This document shows, piece after piece, positions 37,373-47,813 of a stretch of DNA of 64,000 nucleotides. The notes beneath the pieces are model-generated. The model was not told where the DNA came from. It ran no database searches and saw only the letters and a program-made list of their open reading frames with translations. The DNA is taken from assembly GCA_018651725.1 (NCBI GenBank), contig JABIDK010000014.1:6625-70624 (forward strand), given 5' to 3'. Both the position numbers and the translations under genes were made by a program. This stretch comes from Candidatus Falkowbacteria bacterium. Its GTDB lineage: Bacteria > Patescibacteriota > Patescibacteriia > JAACEG01. Numbering within the stretch: the stretch's first letter is position 1; each line of letters begins with the position of its first letter.

Positions 37373-39580
37373 ATGGACTTAATAATCGTTGAGTCGCCTA
37401 CTAAGGCGAAAACTATCTCTAAATTTTTAGGAAGTAAATATAAAGTTACTTCTTCTTTTGGACATATCCGAGATTTGCCGAAAAGTACAATGGGAGTTGA
37501 TATTGAGCACAACTTTGAGCCTAAATATGTTATCCCAACAAAAGCTCGGAAGAGAGTTAACGAACTTAAAAAATTAGCAGAGAAAGCCGAGAATATTATT
37601 CTGGCACCCGATGAAGATCGAGAGGGAGAGGCAATCGCGTGGCATTTAGTTGAGGCGCTTGATTTAGAAAAAAAAGATTCTTCAAAAATTAAACGAATTG
37701 TTTTTCACGAGGTAACCAAAACTGCCATTCAAGAGGCTCTTAATAATCCGCGAGAGATAAATCTGGATATGGTTGATGCGCAACAAGCCAGGCGAGTTTT
37801 AGACAGACTGGTTGGTTATGAACTTTCTCCTTTTTTATGGCGTAAGGTTGTGAAAGGTTTATCCGCCGGTCGCGTGCAATCGGTGGCTGTTCGTTTGATT
37901 GTAGAGCGCGAAAGAGAAATTCAAGCCTTTAATAAAGAAGAGTACTGGACAATAGAAGGAGATTTTACCAAAGACAAGGATAATTTTATCGCTAAATTAT
38001 CAAAAATAGATAATAAAACACTTGGGAAGCTTGATATCAAAAATCAAAAAGAAGCAGAAAAAATAGAGCAAGATGTGAACAAGAAAACTTTTAAAGTTTT
38101 GAGCGTTACAAAAAGGGATGGTAAAAAATCTCCGTCGCCACCATTTACTACTTCCTCTTTACAACAACAAGCAAATAATAAATTAGGTTTTTCAGCTAAA
38201 AAAACAATGATGATTGCTCAGCAATTGTATGAAGGTTTGAGCTTGGGAGTGAAGGAGTCTACCGGTCTGATTACTTACATGAGAACAGACAGTTTAAATT
38301 TGAGTGATAAGTTTCTAGGTGAAGCTAAGGATTTTATTTCCAATAATTATGGAAAAGAATATGCGCTTAGTTCTCCGCGTAAATATAAGACAAAACAAAA
38401 ATCAGCCCAAGAAGCTCATGAAGCAATCAGACCAACAGAAGCTTCTAATTCACCGGAAAAAATTAAAGATTATTTAAATTCAGATCAATTTAAATTGTAT
38501 GATTTAATTTGGCGTCGAGCAGTTGCTTCTCAGATGGCGGAAAGCATTATTAAAAGTACCAGAGTAAAAATTATTACCGATGATAATAAATATGAGTTTT
38601 CCGTTAGTGGCAGTATTATTGTTTTTGATGGATTTTTAAAAATTTATCCGGGTCAAACAAAAGAGAAAATATTACCTAATCTTGAGGAAAATGATCCTCT
38701 AAATCTTTTGGAGTTAATCAAAGACCAACATTTTACCGAGCCACCAGCTAGATACAACGACGCCAGCTTGGTAAAAGTTTTAGAAAGCCATGGCATTGGT
38801 CGACCTTCAACTTATGCACCAACAATTAGCACTATTTTAACAAGAGGATATGTGGAGCGTGAGGGGAGAGCTCTTAAACCAAAGGATATTGCTTTTGTAG
38901 TAATTGATTTATTGATTAAACATTTCAATCAGATTGTTGACTATGAATTTACCGCTAAAATGGAAAATTCTTTTGATGAAATTGCCGAGGGCAAGAAAAA
39001 ATGGCAACCTATAATTAAAGATTTTTATATGCCTTTCAAAGAAAACTTAGAACAAAAAGACAAAGAAATTAATAAAAAGGATTTGGGGATGGAGCAAGAT
39101 ACCGATGAAAAATGCGATAAATGCGGTGCCCCAATGATAATTAAAATGGGAAGATTTGGAAAATTTTTGGCTTGCTCAAAATTTCCAGACTGCAAAAATA
39201 CCAAACAAATCAACGAACAAACAGGCGAAATAGAAGAGCCGGAAAAAATAGAAGAGAAATGTGATAAGTGTGGGAAAGATATGGTTATGAAACAGGGTAG
39301 GTTTGGCAACTTCCTAGCTTGCTCCGGCTATCCGGACTGCAAAAATATTAAATCCATAGAAAAAGGAACCGGAGTCGGCTGCCCGGAGTGCGGCAAAGGA
39401 GAAATTATAGAAAAAAAGACCAGACGCGGAAAAACATTTTATGCCTGCAACAAATACCCTGCCTGTAAAAAAGCCTTCTGGAGCAAACCAACCGGTAACA
39501 ACTGCAAAAAATGCGGAGGCCCGCTAGTCTACGGAAAAGGCGAGACTGAAGTTTGTCCGGACAAGGAATGTAAGGGGTAG
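37373..39580 (+). CDS. topA: DNA topoisomerase I
   Basis: IVESPTKAKTI, DEDREGE, SAGRVQS, ITYMRTD, EAHEAIRP, C-terminal C4 zinc ribbons. Confidence 0.97.
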   Translation: MDLIIVESPTKAKTISKFLGSKYKVTSSFGHIRDLPKSTMGVDIEHNFEPKYVIPTKARKRVNELKKLAEKAENIILAPDEDREGEAIAWHLVEALDLEKKDSSKIKRIVFHEVTKTAIQEALNNPREINLDMVDAQQARRVLDRLVGYELSPFLWRKVVKGLSAGRVQSVAVRLIVEREREIQAFNKEEYWTIEGDFTKDKDNFIAKLSKIDNKTLGKLDIKNQKEAEKIEQDVNKKTFKVLSVTKRDGKKSPSPPFTTSSLQQQANNKLGFSAKKTMMIAQQLYEGLSLGVKESTGLITYMRTDSLNLSDKFLGEAKDFISNNYGKEYALSSPRKYKTKQKSAQEAHEAIRPTEASNSPEKIKDYLNSDQFKLYDLIWRRAVASQMAESIIKSTRVKIITDDNKYEFSVSGSIIVFDGFLKIYPGQTKEKILPNLEENDPLNLLELIKDQHFTEPPARYNDASLVKVLESHGIGRPSTYAPTISTILTRGYVEREGRALKPKDIAFVVIDLLIKHFNQIVDYEFTAKMENSFDEIAEGKKKWQPIIKDFYMPFKENLEQKDKEINKKDLGMEQDTDEKCDKCGAPMIIKMGRFGKFLACSKFPDCKNTKQINEQTGEIEEPEKIEEKCDKCGKDMVMKQGRFGNFLACSGYPDCKNIKSIEKGTGVGCPECGKGEIIEKKTRRGKTFYACNKYPACKKAFWSKPTGNNCKKCGGPLVYGKGETEVCPDKECKG

Positions 39581-39600
39581 GATTGTTAAAATATTTAAGA

Positions 39601-39652
39601 TTTTTAAAATAAAAAAGAACGACTTTAAAGTCGTTCTTTTTTATTTTAAAAA
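39601..39652. terminator. Perfect 52-bp palindrome between convergent topA and trxB
   Basis: TTTTTAAAATAAAAAAGAACGACTTT|AAAGTCGTTCTTTTTTATTTTAAAAA. Confidence 0.8.
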
Positions 39653-39660
39653 GTATTTTT

Positions 39661-40578
39661 TTATTTTTTCTGCAAGTATTTATAAATTCCGCTGACTGCT
39701 ATGGATCCTTCTGAGGCAGCGGTTATTACTTGGCGGAATTTGTTTGAGGCGGTTGTGATGTCTCCGGCGGCGAAAATGCCCTTTATATTGGTTGATTGGT
39801 CTTCGCTTACTTTAACATAGCCGAATTTGTCTATTTTGAGCCCGAGTTCTTTTGGGAGGGCTAAACTTGGGAGTGATCCGATTTCGATAAATACGCCATC
39901 AACTAAAAGTTCATTTTTTTCTTTATAAGGAGTGTCTAAGGTTATTTCTTCAACTTTTTGATTTCCTTTTATTTCGGTTATATTAGTATTTGAAACTATT
40001 TCGATTTTAGGATTTGTTTTTATTTTTTCTTGCCAAACAGGTTCAGCTGTCATGTTGTCTTTTCTAAAAATCAAATAAACTTTTTTGGCGATTTTTGACA
40101 TATAGTCAGCCGCCATTGCAGCACTGTCAGATCCGCCGGCAACAGCCACTGTTTTATCTTTAAAAAACATTCCGTCACAAGTAAAACAAAAAGAAACACC
40201 TTTCCCGATGAATTTTTCTTCTCCTGGAATAGCCAATTTTCTGTGTCCCATACCGGTAGCGAGTAAAATTGTTTTGGCTGAATATTTTCCATCCTTTTCT
40301 AAATCAACCGTAAAGGTATTGTCTTTTTCTTTTATAATTCCCTGAACCTCTTTTGTGATTATCTCTGCTTCAAATTTTTCTGCATGTTCTTTAAATTTAT
40401 CCATTAACTTTTTACCATCAATACTTAAAAAGCCCGGATAGTTTTCAACTAAATGAGCCTCAGCTATTTGCCCGCCGTGCTCTCTGCCGATAATTAGATT
40501 TTTAATTTTATAACGAGACGCATAAATGGAAGCCGTATAAGCTGCCGGCCCTGCGCCAATGATTATTAAGTCGTACAT
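39661..40578 (-). CDS. trxB: Thioredoxin reductase
   Basis: IIGAGPA, VENYPG, GVSFCFTCDG (CxxC), FAAGD. Confidence 0.92.
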   Translation of the reverse strand: MYDLIIIGAGPAAYTASIYASRYKIKNLIIGREHGGQIAEAHLVENYPGFLSIDGKKLMDKFKEHAEKFEAEIITKEVQGIIKEKDNTFTVDLEKDGKYSAKTILLATGMGHRKLAIPGEEKFIGKGVSFCFTCDGMFFKDKTVAVAGGSDSAAMAADYMSKIAKKVYLIFRKDNMTAEPVWQEKIKTNPKIEIVSNTNITEIKGNQKVEEITLDTPYKEKNELLVDGVFIEIGSLPSLALPKELGLKIDKFGYVKVSEDQSTNIKGIFAAGDITTASNKFRQVITAASEGSIAVSGIYKYLQKK

Positions 40579-40602
40579 AAATTTTTAATTATGAATAGTA
40601 AA

Positions 40603-41697
40603 TTATGAATTATTTTTTTTGTTTTCTAAATACCCGGCTATTATTGCTGTTAGCGGGATAGATAGAATTAATCCAATACTGCCGGCGATTGAGCGGATTA
40701 TTTCTTCGGCAATAAAGTTAAAGTTTAAAAATTTTAAATAAGACTCTCCATATTGGTTAAATAATAATAGTAAAAATAACGACGATCCAACATAAGCAAA
40801 GATTAAAGTGTTTGACATTGTCCCCATTATATCGCGACCAACGTTCATGCCTGATTTTATTAAATCAATTTTTTTAATTTCAGGGTGAGCTTTTTTTACC
40901 TCTGCTATTGTAGAAGATATCGACATCGCCACATCCATTACAGCACCAAGCGAGCCAATAATAATTCCGGCAAGAAGTAAACCTTTAAAATTTAAGTGAG
41001 GATAACTTGCAAAAAGAGCACGGGCATGTTCGTCGGAAAGACCGGTTAAATGTGTGTATTTACTAAATAAAATCGCTAAAATTGTGGCTACTAAAACTCC
41101 GCCCACAGTTCCTAAAATAGAGGCCAATGTTTTTTTCTTAAATCCACTGATTAAAGTTAAAGTAACAATAGCAATAATAGAAGAAATAACAAGAGCAAGT
41201 AAAATCGGGCTGGTGCCGGATAAGGCTTTTGGAATAAATAATTTAAAAATTAAAACAATGGAAACCGCTAAACTGATTATGGCTTTTAAACCTTGTTTGC
41301 CCCCGATTAAAAAAAGCGTTAGTAAAAATAAAACAATTAAAAAGATAAGGGTTGGCAAAACATAAAAGCTTTGTATTTGAGCCGTGTATTTACTGCCTTC
41401 TATTTCTTCTATGTAGACTAAAATTTTATTTCCTTGATCAACTTTTAAGCTCAACGGATTTGACGATAGAGTATTTTCTATTTCTTTTACATCCCCTTTA
41501 TGCTCTCCGCTTAATATTTCAACTTTAATTTTTTGTTTACTAATTACTTCGCTGTCAGTTTTTTCAACAACTTCTTCAACGCTTATAACCCGAGCTTTTT
41601 CATACGCAGTTTTAATCTGTTCTTCATTTTGGGCGAGGGTAGGCGAGACGAGAAAAATATTAAATATTAAAAATAGCAAAATGAATATTTTTTTCAT
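40603..41697 (-). CDS. YibE/F family membrane protein
   Basis: LGAVMDVAMSISS, GRDIMGTMSNTLIFAYVG, GSIGLILSIPLT. Confidence 0.9.
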   Translation of the reverse strand: MKKIFILLFLIFNIFLVSPTLAQNEEQIKTAYEKARVISVEEVVEKTDSEVISKQKIKVEILSGEHKGDVKEIENTLSSNPLSLKVDQGNKILVYIEEIEGSKYTAQIQSFYVLPTLIFLIVLFLLTLFLIGGKQGLKAIISLAVSIVLIFKLFIPKALSGTSPILLALVISSIIAIVTLTLISGFKKKTLASILGTVGGVLVATILAILFSKYTHLTGLSDEHARALFASYPHLNFKGLLLAGIIIGSLGAVMDVAMSISSTIAEVKKAHPEIKKIDLIKSGMNVGRDIMGTMSNTLIFAYVGSSLFLLLLFNQYGESYLKFLNFNFIAEEIIRSIAGSIGLILSIPLTAIIAGYLENKKNNS

Positions 41698-41719
41698 GGA
41701 TTTTATTTTATAAAATTTG

Positions 41720-41791
41720 TAGCCCCAAGGGGAATCGAACCCCTGTTTTCAGGATGAGAACCTGATGTCCTAACCACTAGACGATGGGGCC
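41720..41791 (-). tRNA. tRNA-Glu(CTC)
   Basis: Identical to the tRNA at 28999 except at the anticodon wobble base; CCA not encoded. Confidence 0.95.
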
Positions 41792-41795
41792 AAGA

Positions 41796-42491
41796 TTATT
41801 CCTCGTCTCCTCCAAATCTTCTATTTCTTTTTTCAAACCATTCAACAGCTTCATCTAGGTTTTTTTCTTTAAAACCGGGCCAGCAAACAGAAGGGAAATA
41901 TAGTTCGCTGTATGAAGCTTGCCATAAAAGAAAACCGGAAAGACGTTGTTCCCCGGAGGTTCTTATTATCATATCAGGATCCGGCAATTCAGAGGTGTAT
42001 AAATTATTATTTATTGTTTGTTCGGTGATTTTTTCTAAAGGTATTTTTTCTTTAATAATTTTTTTAACTGCCTTAACTATTTCTAATCTACCACCGTAAT
42101 TTATAGCAATATTCAAAAGACCTTTAGTACAATTTTTTGTCTTTTCTTCCATGTTTGAAATAGCGTTTTGTAAGTCTTGAGATAATCTTGATTTTTCCCC
42201 GATAACCTTAACTTGTATTCCTTTTTCTTTGAAATATTTTACCTCTTTTATCATGCCTTTTTTAAGAAGGTTCATTAAATAATCAACTTCTTTCTTGCTT
42301 CTGCTCCAGTTTTCAGTAGAAAAAGCATAGACAGTTAAAATGTCTATGCCTCTATTAATGCACCATTCCCCAACTTGTTTAATTTTTTCGTAACCTTTCT
42401 TATGCCCGATAAGAGTTGGCAGTCCTTTGCTTTTTGCCCAGCGCCTGTTTCCATCTAAAATAATACCAAGATGTTTTAACTTTTTAGGCAT
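41796..42491 (-). CDS. uppS: Undecaprenyl diphosphate synthase
   Basis: HLGIILDGNRRWA, YAFSTENW, NYGGR, IRTSGEQRLSGFLLWQ. Confidence 0.97.
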   Translation of the reverse strand: MPKKLKHLGIILDGNRRWAKSKGLPTLIGHKKGYEKIKQVGEWCINRGIDILTVYAFSTENWSRSKKEVDYLMNLLKKGMIKEVKYFKEKGIQVKVIGEKSRLSQDLQNAISNMEEKTKNCTKGLLNIAINYGGRLEIVKAVKKIIKEKIPLEKITEQTINNNLYTSELPDPDMIIRTSGEQRLSGFLLWQASYSELYFPSVCWPGFKEKNLDEAVEWFEKRNRRFGGDEE

Positions 42492-42494
42492 AAT

Positions 42495-42650
42495 TTATTT
42501 GGTTTCTTTGTGAGGGGTGTGAGCCTTGCAGTGCTTGCAATATTTTTTTAACTCTAAACGGTCTTTAATAATTTTTTTGTTTTTACGAGAATGATAGTTA
42601 ATTCGGTGACACTTGGTACACTCAAATTTTATCAAATTATCTTGAGACAT
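42495..42650 (-). CDS. rpmG: 50S ribosomal protein L33 (below ORF-track cutoff)
   Basis: [51 protein letters not shown]. Confidence 0.95.
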   Translation of the reverse strand: MSQDNLIKFECTKCHRINYHSRKNKKIIKDRLELKKYCKHCKAHTPHKETK

Positions 42651-42683
42651 AGATTTGTTTATTTTTTAATTTATAAATTAGGG

Positions 42684-42757
42684 AGCCACCCGTCGGATTC
42701 GAACCGACGACCTATTGTTTACAAAACAATTGCTCTAACCAGCTGAGCTAGGGTGGC
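42684..42757 (-). tRNA. tRNA-Thr(TGT)
   Basis: GCCACCCTAGCTCAG...ATTGT-TT-TGT-AA-ACAAT...GGTTCGAATCC...GGGTGGCT. Confidence 0.95.
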
Positions 42758-42762
42758 AAGTG

Positions 42763-42837
<75 letters not shown>

Positions 42838-42850
42838 TTTTTTGGGTTAT

Positions 42851-43306
42851 CTATTTTTCCCCGACGCTTTTGTAGATACTTCCCAGTACGCCGTTAACGA
42901 ATCTTCCCGATGCTTCTCCTCCGAATGTTTTCGCCAGCTCTATTGCTTCGTTTATTGCTACTTTAGCGGGGATGCTGTTGTCGTACATAAGCTCATAAAC
43001 TCCGATCCTAAGCACATTTCTGTCTATGTTCGTGATTTGTTCTATTGGCCATTCCGGGGCATATTTTGCCAGGGTTTGGTCTATTTTTTCAATATTACTT
43101 ATAACACCCTCTATAATATTTTCAATAAATTTTTTTTCGCTCGTTCCTGGCGCAAAATCCTGAATATTTCTTTCGCTTAATTCTTCTATTTTTTTAAGGA
43201 TTGCTTTGTCTTTAAATTTTTTGTAATCAGAAGAAAACGACTCTCTAAAATCAAGTTGATAAAGAGTTTGCATAGCTACCGTACGACCAAGATGACGACT
43301 AGACAT
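42851..43306 (-). CDS. nusB: Transcription antitermination factor NusB
   Basis: [44 protein letters not shown]; start trimmed to 43306. Confidence 0.95.
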   Translation of the reverse strand: MSSRHLGRTVAMQTLYQLDFRESFSSDYKKFKDKAILKKIEELSERNIQDFAPGTSEKKFIENIIEGVISNIEKIDQTLAKYAPEWPIEQITNIDRNVLRIGVYELMYDNSIPAKVAINEAIELAKTFGGEASGRFVNGVLGSIYKSVGEK

Positions 43307-43310
43307 AATT

Positions 43311-43547
43311 TTATTTATTATCTTCTTTGTTTTCCTTGTCCGTTGGAGTTTTAGCGGAAGCGGATTTTTTAATTTTTTGAACCAATACTTGTTTTCCTTT
43401 ATAGGTTCCGCAGTTTCCACAAACGGTGTGTGTTAGAATTTTTTCTTTACATTTTGGACAAGTTGCTAATTTGATTTTTTTTAACGCATCATGAGACTGT
43501 CTATTTTTGACAGATGATCTTGTGCGTCTTTTTTTCGGTACAGACAT
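43311..43547 (-). CDS. rpmF: 50S ribosomal protein L32
   Basis: [13 protein letters not shown]...[12 protein letters not shown]. Confidence 0.95.
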   Translation of the reverse strand: MSVPKKRRTRSSVKNRQSHDALKKIKLATCPKCKEKILTHTVCGNCGTYKGKQVLVQKIKKSASAKTPTDKENKEDNK

Positions 43548-43618
43548 AGATAAAATTTTAAAAATTTAACTTGATAACAATATTAACAGATAAAATAAAA
43601 AAAGCAAGAGGGGATTGA

Positions 43619-46135
43619 TTAAATCAACGTTACATTCGCTACTATATCTTCTTCTTTTTTGAATTTCATTAAACGAACTCCTTGAGTTGACCTGCCAAGT
43701 AGATTGACTGATTTTAGCGGTAAACGAATAATTTGACCGGCGTTTGAAATAATAATCAAGTCTTCATCCAAAGATTTGGAGTTGATAATTTTCATAGATA
43801 CCAATGGCCCGGTTTTCTTTGTTACTTTTGATGTTTTTATACCACTGCCACCGCGTGATTGTACGCGATATTCTGTTAGCTTACTTCTTTTTCCAACTCC
43901 GTTTTGACTTATTATAAATACATGTAAATCATTTTCTTTTATTGAGTTATCAATAACATCCATTCCAATAACATTATCGTCTCCTTTAAGTTTTATACCC
44001 CTTACCCCGCTGGCGGTTCTTCCCATTCCACGAATGCCTTTTTCTTTAAACTTGATTGCCTGTCCATTTGTAGTAGCAATAATAATTGAATCTTTCCCTG
44101 TTGATGGTTTTACCCACTTTAGTATATCTTCTGGTCTTAGTTTTATTGCAATTAATCCGCTTCTTCTAACGTTTTTAAAGTCATTTATAGCGACTTTTTT
44201 AATAACCCCCATCTTGGTTTGCATAACAAGATATTCATAGTTTTCAAGCTCGTCTAAAGGAAGAACAGCCGAAACAGATTCGTGCGGCCCAAGTTGTAAA
44301 AAGTTAACAATTGCTTGTCCTTTTGATTGTCTGGAGCTGGTTGGAATATCGTAGCACTTTAACTGAAAGACTCTTCCCTTAGTAGTAAAGAATAGTAAAT
44401 CAGAGTGGGTGGTTGTTGTGAAAAAGTGTTTTACTAAGTCTTCTTCTTTTGTTGTTAACCCGATTACACCCTTTCCTCCGCGCGCTTGGGATTTAAATAT
44501 ATCCGGTGAAAGTCTTTTAATATAACCATCGCGAGTGATAATAACAATCGCTGGCTCATTTGGAACCAAATCTTCAGCAGAGAACTCTCCGACTGCTCCG
44601 GCAATAACCTTTGTTCTTCTTTCGTCAGAGTATTTTTCTTGAATTTCAGCTAGCTCATCTTTTACAATTTTTAACATTAATTTTTTAGAGGCCAATATCT
44701 TTCTTAGTTCTTTAATTATTTTTTTCTTTTCTTTTAGTTCATCCTCAATCTTTAATCTTTCCAAGTTAGCCAAATTTTGCAGCTTCATTTCCAAGATAGC
44801 GATACACTGTCTTTCTGATAATTTGAATTTTTTCATCAAATTGTCTTTGGCTGTTTCTTTATCTTTTGACTTTTTAATTACTTTAATTACAGCATCGATT
44901 TTATCAAGAGCAATTTTTAAACCCTCTAAAATATGAGCTCTGTCCAAGGCTTTTTTAAGTTCATACTCACATCTTCTCTTCACTACAATTTCTCTGTGTT
45001 TAATATATTCTTCTAAAGCGGTTTTTAGATTCAGCACTTTTGGTTGCAAGCCATCGATAAGAGCAAGCATGTTAAAGTTAAAGCTGTCTTGCAGTTGCGT
45101 TAATTTGAAAAGTCGATTTAATATTTTCTTTGGATAAGAATCTTTTTTAAGATCAATAACAATTCTTAGTTCTTTTAATCCCTTTGATTCATCTCGTAGA
45201 TCTTTAATGCCCTCTATTTTTTTGTTTTTTACAAGGTCGGCAATTTTTTCAATTAAGTTGGCTTTGTTCACTTGATAGGGGATCTCTGTGACAATAATTT
45301 GAAATCTATTAGTTTTTACTTCAACTATTTCAGTTTTAGCTCTCACTATCACTCTGCCTCGTCCGGTAGCGTAAGCCTCTTTAATATCTTTTTTATTATA
45401 AATTATTCCACCGGTTGGAAAGTCAGGACCTTTTACAAATTCAGTTAAATCTTTCGCGCTTGCTTTTGGGTTATCTATTAAATGATTTATGGCTTGGATT
45501 AACTCTTCTAAGTTATGGGGTGGAATATTAGTTGCCATTCCAACAGCAATACCAAGTGTTCCGTTTAATAAAAGCAAAGGAAGTTTAGAGGGTAAAACTC
45601 TTGGCTCATTGTGACTACCATCAAAGTTTGGCACAAAATCAACTGTTTCTTTTTCAATATCTTGCAAGGTTTCATCGGCTATTTTTTGCAGTTTTGCTTC
45701 CGTGTATCTGTAGGCAGCCGGGTTGTCTCCGTCCATAGAACCGAAGTTTCCCTGGCCATTAATCAAGGGGTAGCGCATAGAAAAATCTTGCGCCATTCTA
45801 ACCATACTATAGTAGACAGCTAAATCTCCATGTGGGTGATATTTACCTAAAACTTCTCCAACTACAGTCGCTGATTTTCTGAATTTTGCAGTCGATCTTA
45901 ATCCGCTAGTCCACATAGAATAAAGAATTCTTCGATGCACCGGCTTCAAACCGTCGCGAACATCTGGCAGAGCTCGAGCAACAATAACACTCATAGCATA
46001 GTCAAGATACGAAGTTTTCATTTCTTCGGTAATAGCTAAGTCTTCTATATTTTCTTGTTTATTCTTTGTAGTTTCATCGGAAGAAGGTTTATTTTCCTCT
46101 TCTCTCGGTGTTTTTTCTTTGTTATTTTTAGGCAT
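43619..46135 (-). CDS. gyrA: DNA gyrase subunit A
   Basis: [29 protein letters not shown], GyrA-box QARGGKG. Confidence 0.97.
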   Translation of the reverse strand: MPKNNKEKTPREEENKPSSDETTKNKQENIEDLAITEEMKTSYLDYAMSVIVARALPDVRDGLKPVHRRILYSMWTSGLRSTAKFRKSATVVGEVLGKYHPHGDLAVYYSMVRMAQDFSMRYPLINGQGNFGSMDGDNPAAYRYTEAKLQKIADETLQDIEKETVDFVPNFDGSHNEPRVLPSKLPLLLLNGTLGIAVGMATNIPPHNLEELIQAINHLIDNPKASAKDLTEFVKGPDFPTGGIIYNKKDIKEAYATGRGRVIVRAKTEIVEVKTNRFQIIVTEIPYQVNKANLIEKIADLVKNKKIEGIKDLRDESKGLKELRIVIDLKKDSYPKKILNRLFKLTQLQDSFNFNMLALIDGLQPKVLNLKTALEEYIKHREIVVKRRCEYELKKALDRAHILEGLKIALDKIDAVIKVIKKSKDKETAKDNLMKKFKLSERQCIAILEMKLQNLANLERLKIEDELKEKKKIIKELRKILASKKLMLKIVKDELAEIQEKYSDERRTKVIAGAVGEFSAEDLVPNEPAIVIITRDGYIKRLSPDIFKSQARGGKGVIGLTTKEEDLVKHFFTTTTHSDLLFFTTKGRVFQLKCYDIPTSSRQSKGQAIVNFLQLGPHESVSAVLPLDELENYEYLVMQTKMGVIKKVAINDFKNVRRSGLIAIKLRPEDILKWVKPSTGKDSIIIATTNGQAIKFKEKGIRGMGRTASGVRGIKLKGDDNVIGMDVIDNSIKENDLHVFIISQNGVGKRSKLTEYRVQSRGGSGIKTSKVTKKTGPLVSMKIINSKSLDEDLIIISNAGQIIRLPLKSVNLLGRSTQGVRLMKFKKEEDIVANVTLI

Positions 46136-46200
46136 AATATTTTATAATTTGAAGTAAAATAAAAAAAACGGCTTCCGTTTTCTTTATTTAATTTACCATG

Positions 46201-46569
46201 TTATTGTTGATTTGGCAAGAGAGGAGGAGTAGTGCTTGTATTTAATAAAAGTTCTTGCTCCAATCTTACTTTCATCTCTTGCATCATTTTTTCTTCTTTT
46301 TCGTTTAGAATAATATCCGCTCTTTGTTTGTTATTTTTTTGTTCGGTATTTTCTTTGAGTTCTTGTTTTATGTTGTTTATTTGATTTTTTATTTCGGTTA
46401 TTTGGGTTGATTTATTTTCAGAAGGTTTATTTTTCTTATGATTAAACTTTAAATTATAAGAAAAGCCGTACAACCAAGATAAAAAAATAACAAAACCAAT
46501 AACAGCAACACTTATAAAAAGTATTTTTTTCTTTTTTTCTTCAATAGAGCGACTATTTTTTTTAGACAT
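46201..46569 (-). CDS. Membrane-anchored hypothetical protein
   Basis: Single N-terminal TM followed by a coiled segment. Confidence 0.65.
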   Translation of the reverse strand: MSKKNSRSIEEKKKKILFISVAVIGFVIFLSWLYGFSYNLKFNHKKNKPSENKSTQITEIKNQINNIKQELKENTEQKNNKQRADIILNEKEEKMMQEMKVRLEQELLLNTSTTPPLLPNQQ

Positions 46570-47216
46570 TATTTTTTATTTAAAATTATCACTTTATTTT
46601 CTTCGTTCGGAAGATTTTTTTTGTTTATTTTAAATTTGTCAAAAGTTTCTTCTCCATTATGTCCAAGTTCTTTAATAAATCCGTTTACCCCATCTAATTT
46701 TTCTTTACTCCCCGGGATTTTATAGTACATTGGAATTATAATTCTAGGTTCAATTTGGTTGATTATTTCAATGGCTTGTTTAGCGTTGATTACTTTGTTT
46801 CCGCCCACAGGAACCATTAAGACATCCACGTTTTGTATTTTACTTAAAATATCTCCCTCCGGAAGAGATGTAAGTTCTCCAAGATGAATAAGATGAACCC
46901 CTTCTATCTCCAGAGAAAAAATAATATTTTTCCCTTGTTTTTTTTCTGTGTTTTCAGCGCTATTTATTCCTGCAATAAAGTTATTTTTGATTTCAAACTC
47001 TCCAGGACTGTTCACTGTAAAGGCCGCTGTATTTTTTGTGATGTTATTGTCTAGGTCATCGCATCCTAACAAAAAAATATCAGCTTTTAATTTTGATAAT
47101 TTAAGCCCTGTTTTTTTAGGATCAAACGGGTTAATAACAACAGTTATTTCCTCTGTACTTTCTCTGGGTTTGCTTTTTACAGTAAAACAAGACTGCCCAT
47201 GCCAAATAATTTGCAT
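46569..47216 (-). CDS. Metallo-beta-lactamase-fold protein with degenerate metal ligands
   Basis: WHGQSCF, PGEFEI, HLGEL, DVLMVPVGG, EPRIIIPMYY. Confidence 0.8.
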   Translation of the reverse strand: MQIIWHGQSCFTVKSKPRESTEEITVVINPFDPKKTGLKLSKLKADIFLLGCDDLDNNITKNTAAFTVNSPGEFEIKNNFIAGINSAENTEKKQGKNIIFSLEIEGVHLIHLGELTSLPEGDILSKIQNVDVLMVPVGGNKVINAKQAIEIINQIEPRIIIPMYYKIPGSKEKLDGVNGFIKELGHNGEETFDKFKINKKNLPNEENKVIILNKK

Positions 47217-47237
47217 AATTTTTTGTTTAAGTATATT

Positions 47238-47705
47238 TTAATCTATTAATAAATCTATTACTTTTCCTTTATGCGGTATTTCATGATCAATTTTTTTATC
47301 GTCTATCTGATTACCACTGTTTTTAGCAGTGTTTGCCGCGCCATATAAACTTGATCTATCAACTTTTCTTAAATTTTCCAATCTTTCAGACATTTTACTT
47401 CTACTTTGCCCATATTCTTTAAGACGATGTTTTTCCTCCTTGCCGGCATGCGAAAGAGCTACTCCAAGTCTTCTTTTGTTAAGATAGAAGCCTTTTTCGT
47501 GTGTATCTTGTAATAATTGCTTTATTTGAGATTTTTTTAATTTGACATTTCCAATTTTTGATGTTATTTGTTTTGCTTCTGGGGTTTTTAATTTTTGATA
47601 AAAGCTTTTTACTTCACGGTTTGTTTTTCCGCTAGCTTTTTTAATAATGCCCAAGGCAGTTTTTGTGCCAACCTGTTTAAAGGGGATGTTAATATTTTGA
47701 AGCAT
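47238..47705 (-). CDS. Basic hypothetical protein
   Basis: 155-aa ORF co-oriented with neighbours; TTGACA-like promoter upstream at ~47768. Confidence 0.65.
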   Translation of the reverse strand: MLQNINIPFKQVGTKTALGIIKKASGKTNREVKSFYQKLKTPEAKQITSKIGNVKLKKSQIKQLLQDTHEKGFYLNKRRLGVALSHAGKEEKHRLKEYGQSRSKMSERLENLRKVDRSSLYGAANTAKNSGNQIDDKKIDHEIPHKGKVIDLLID

Positions 47706-47813
47706 AGCTAATTTTTTTAGGATTAATTTATAGTTAGTAATTTTATAGTACTATTTTTGGTTTTGTTTGTCAAAAGACAATAATTATGGTGTAATAAATT
47801 TAATATTATTTAT

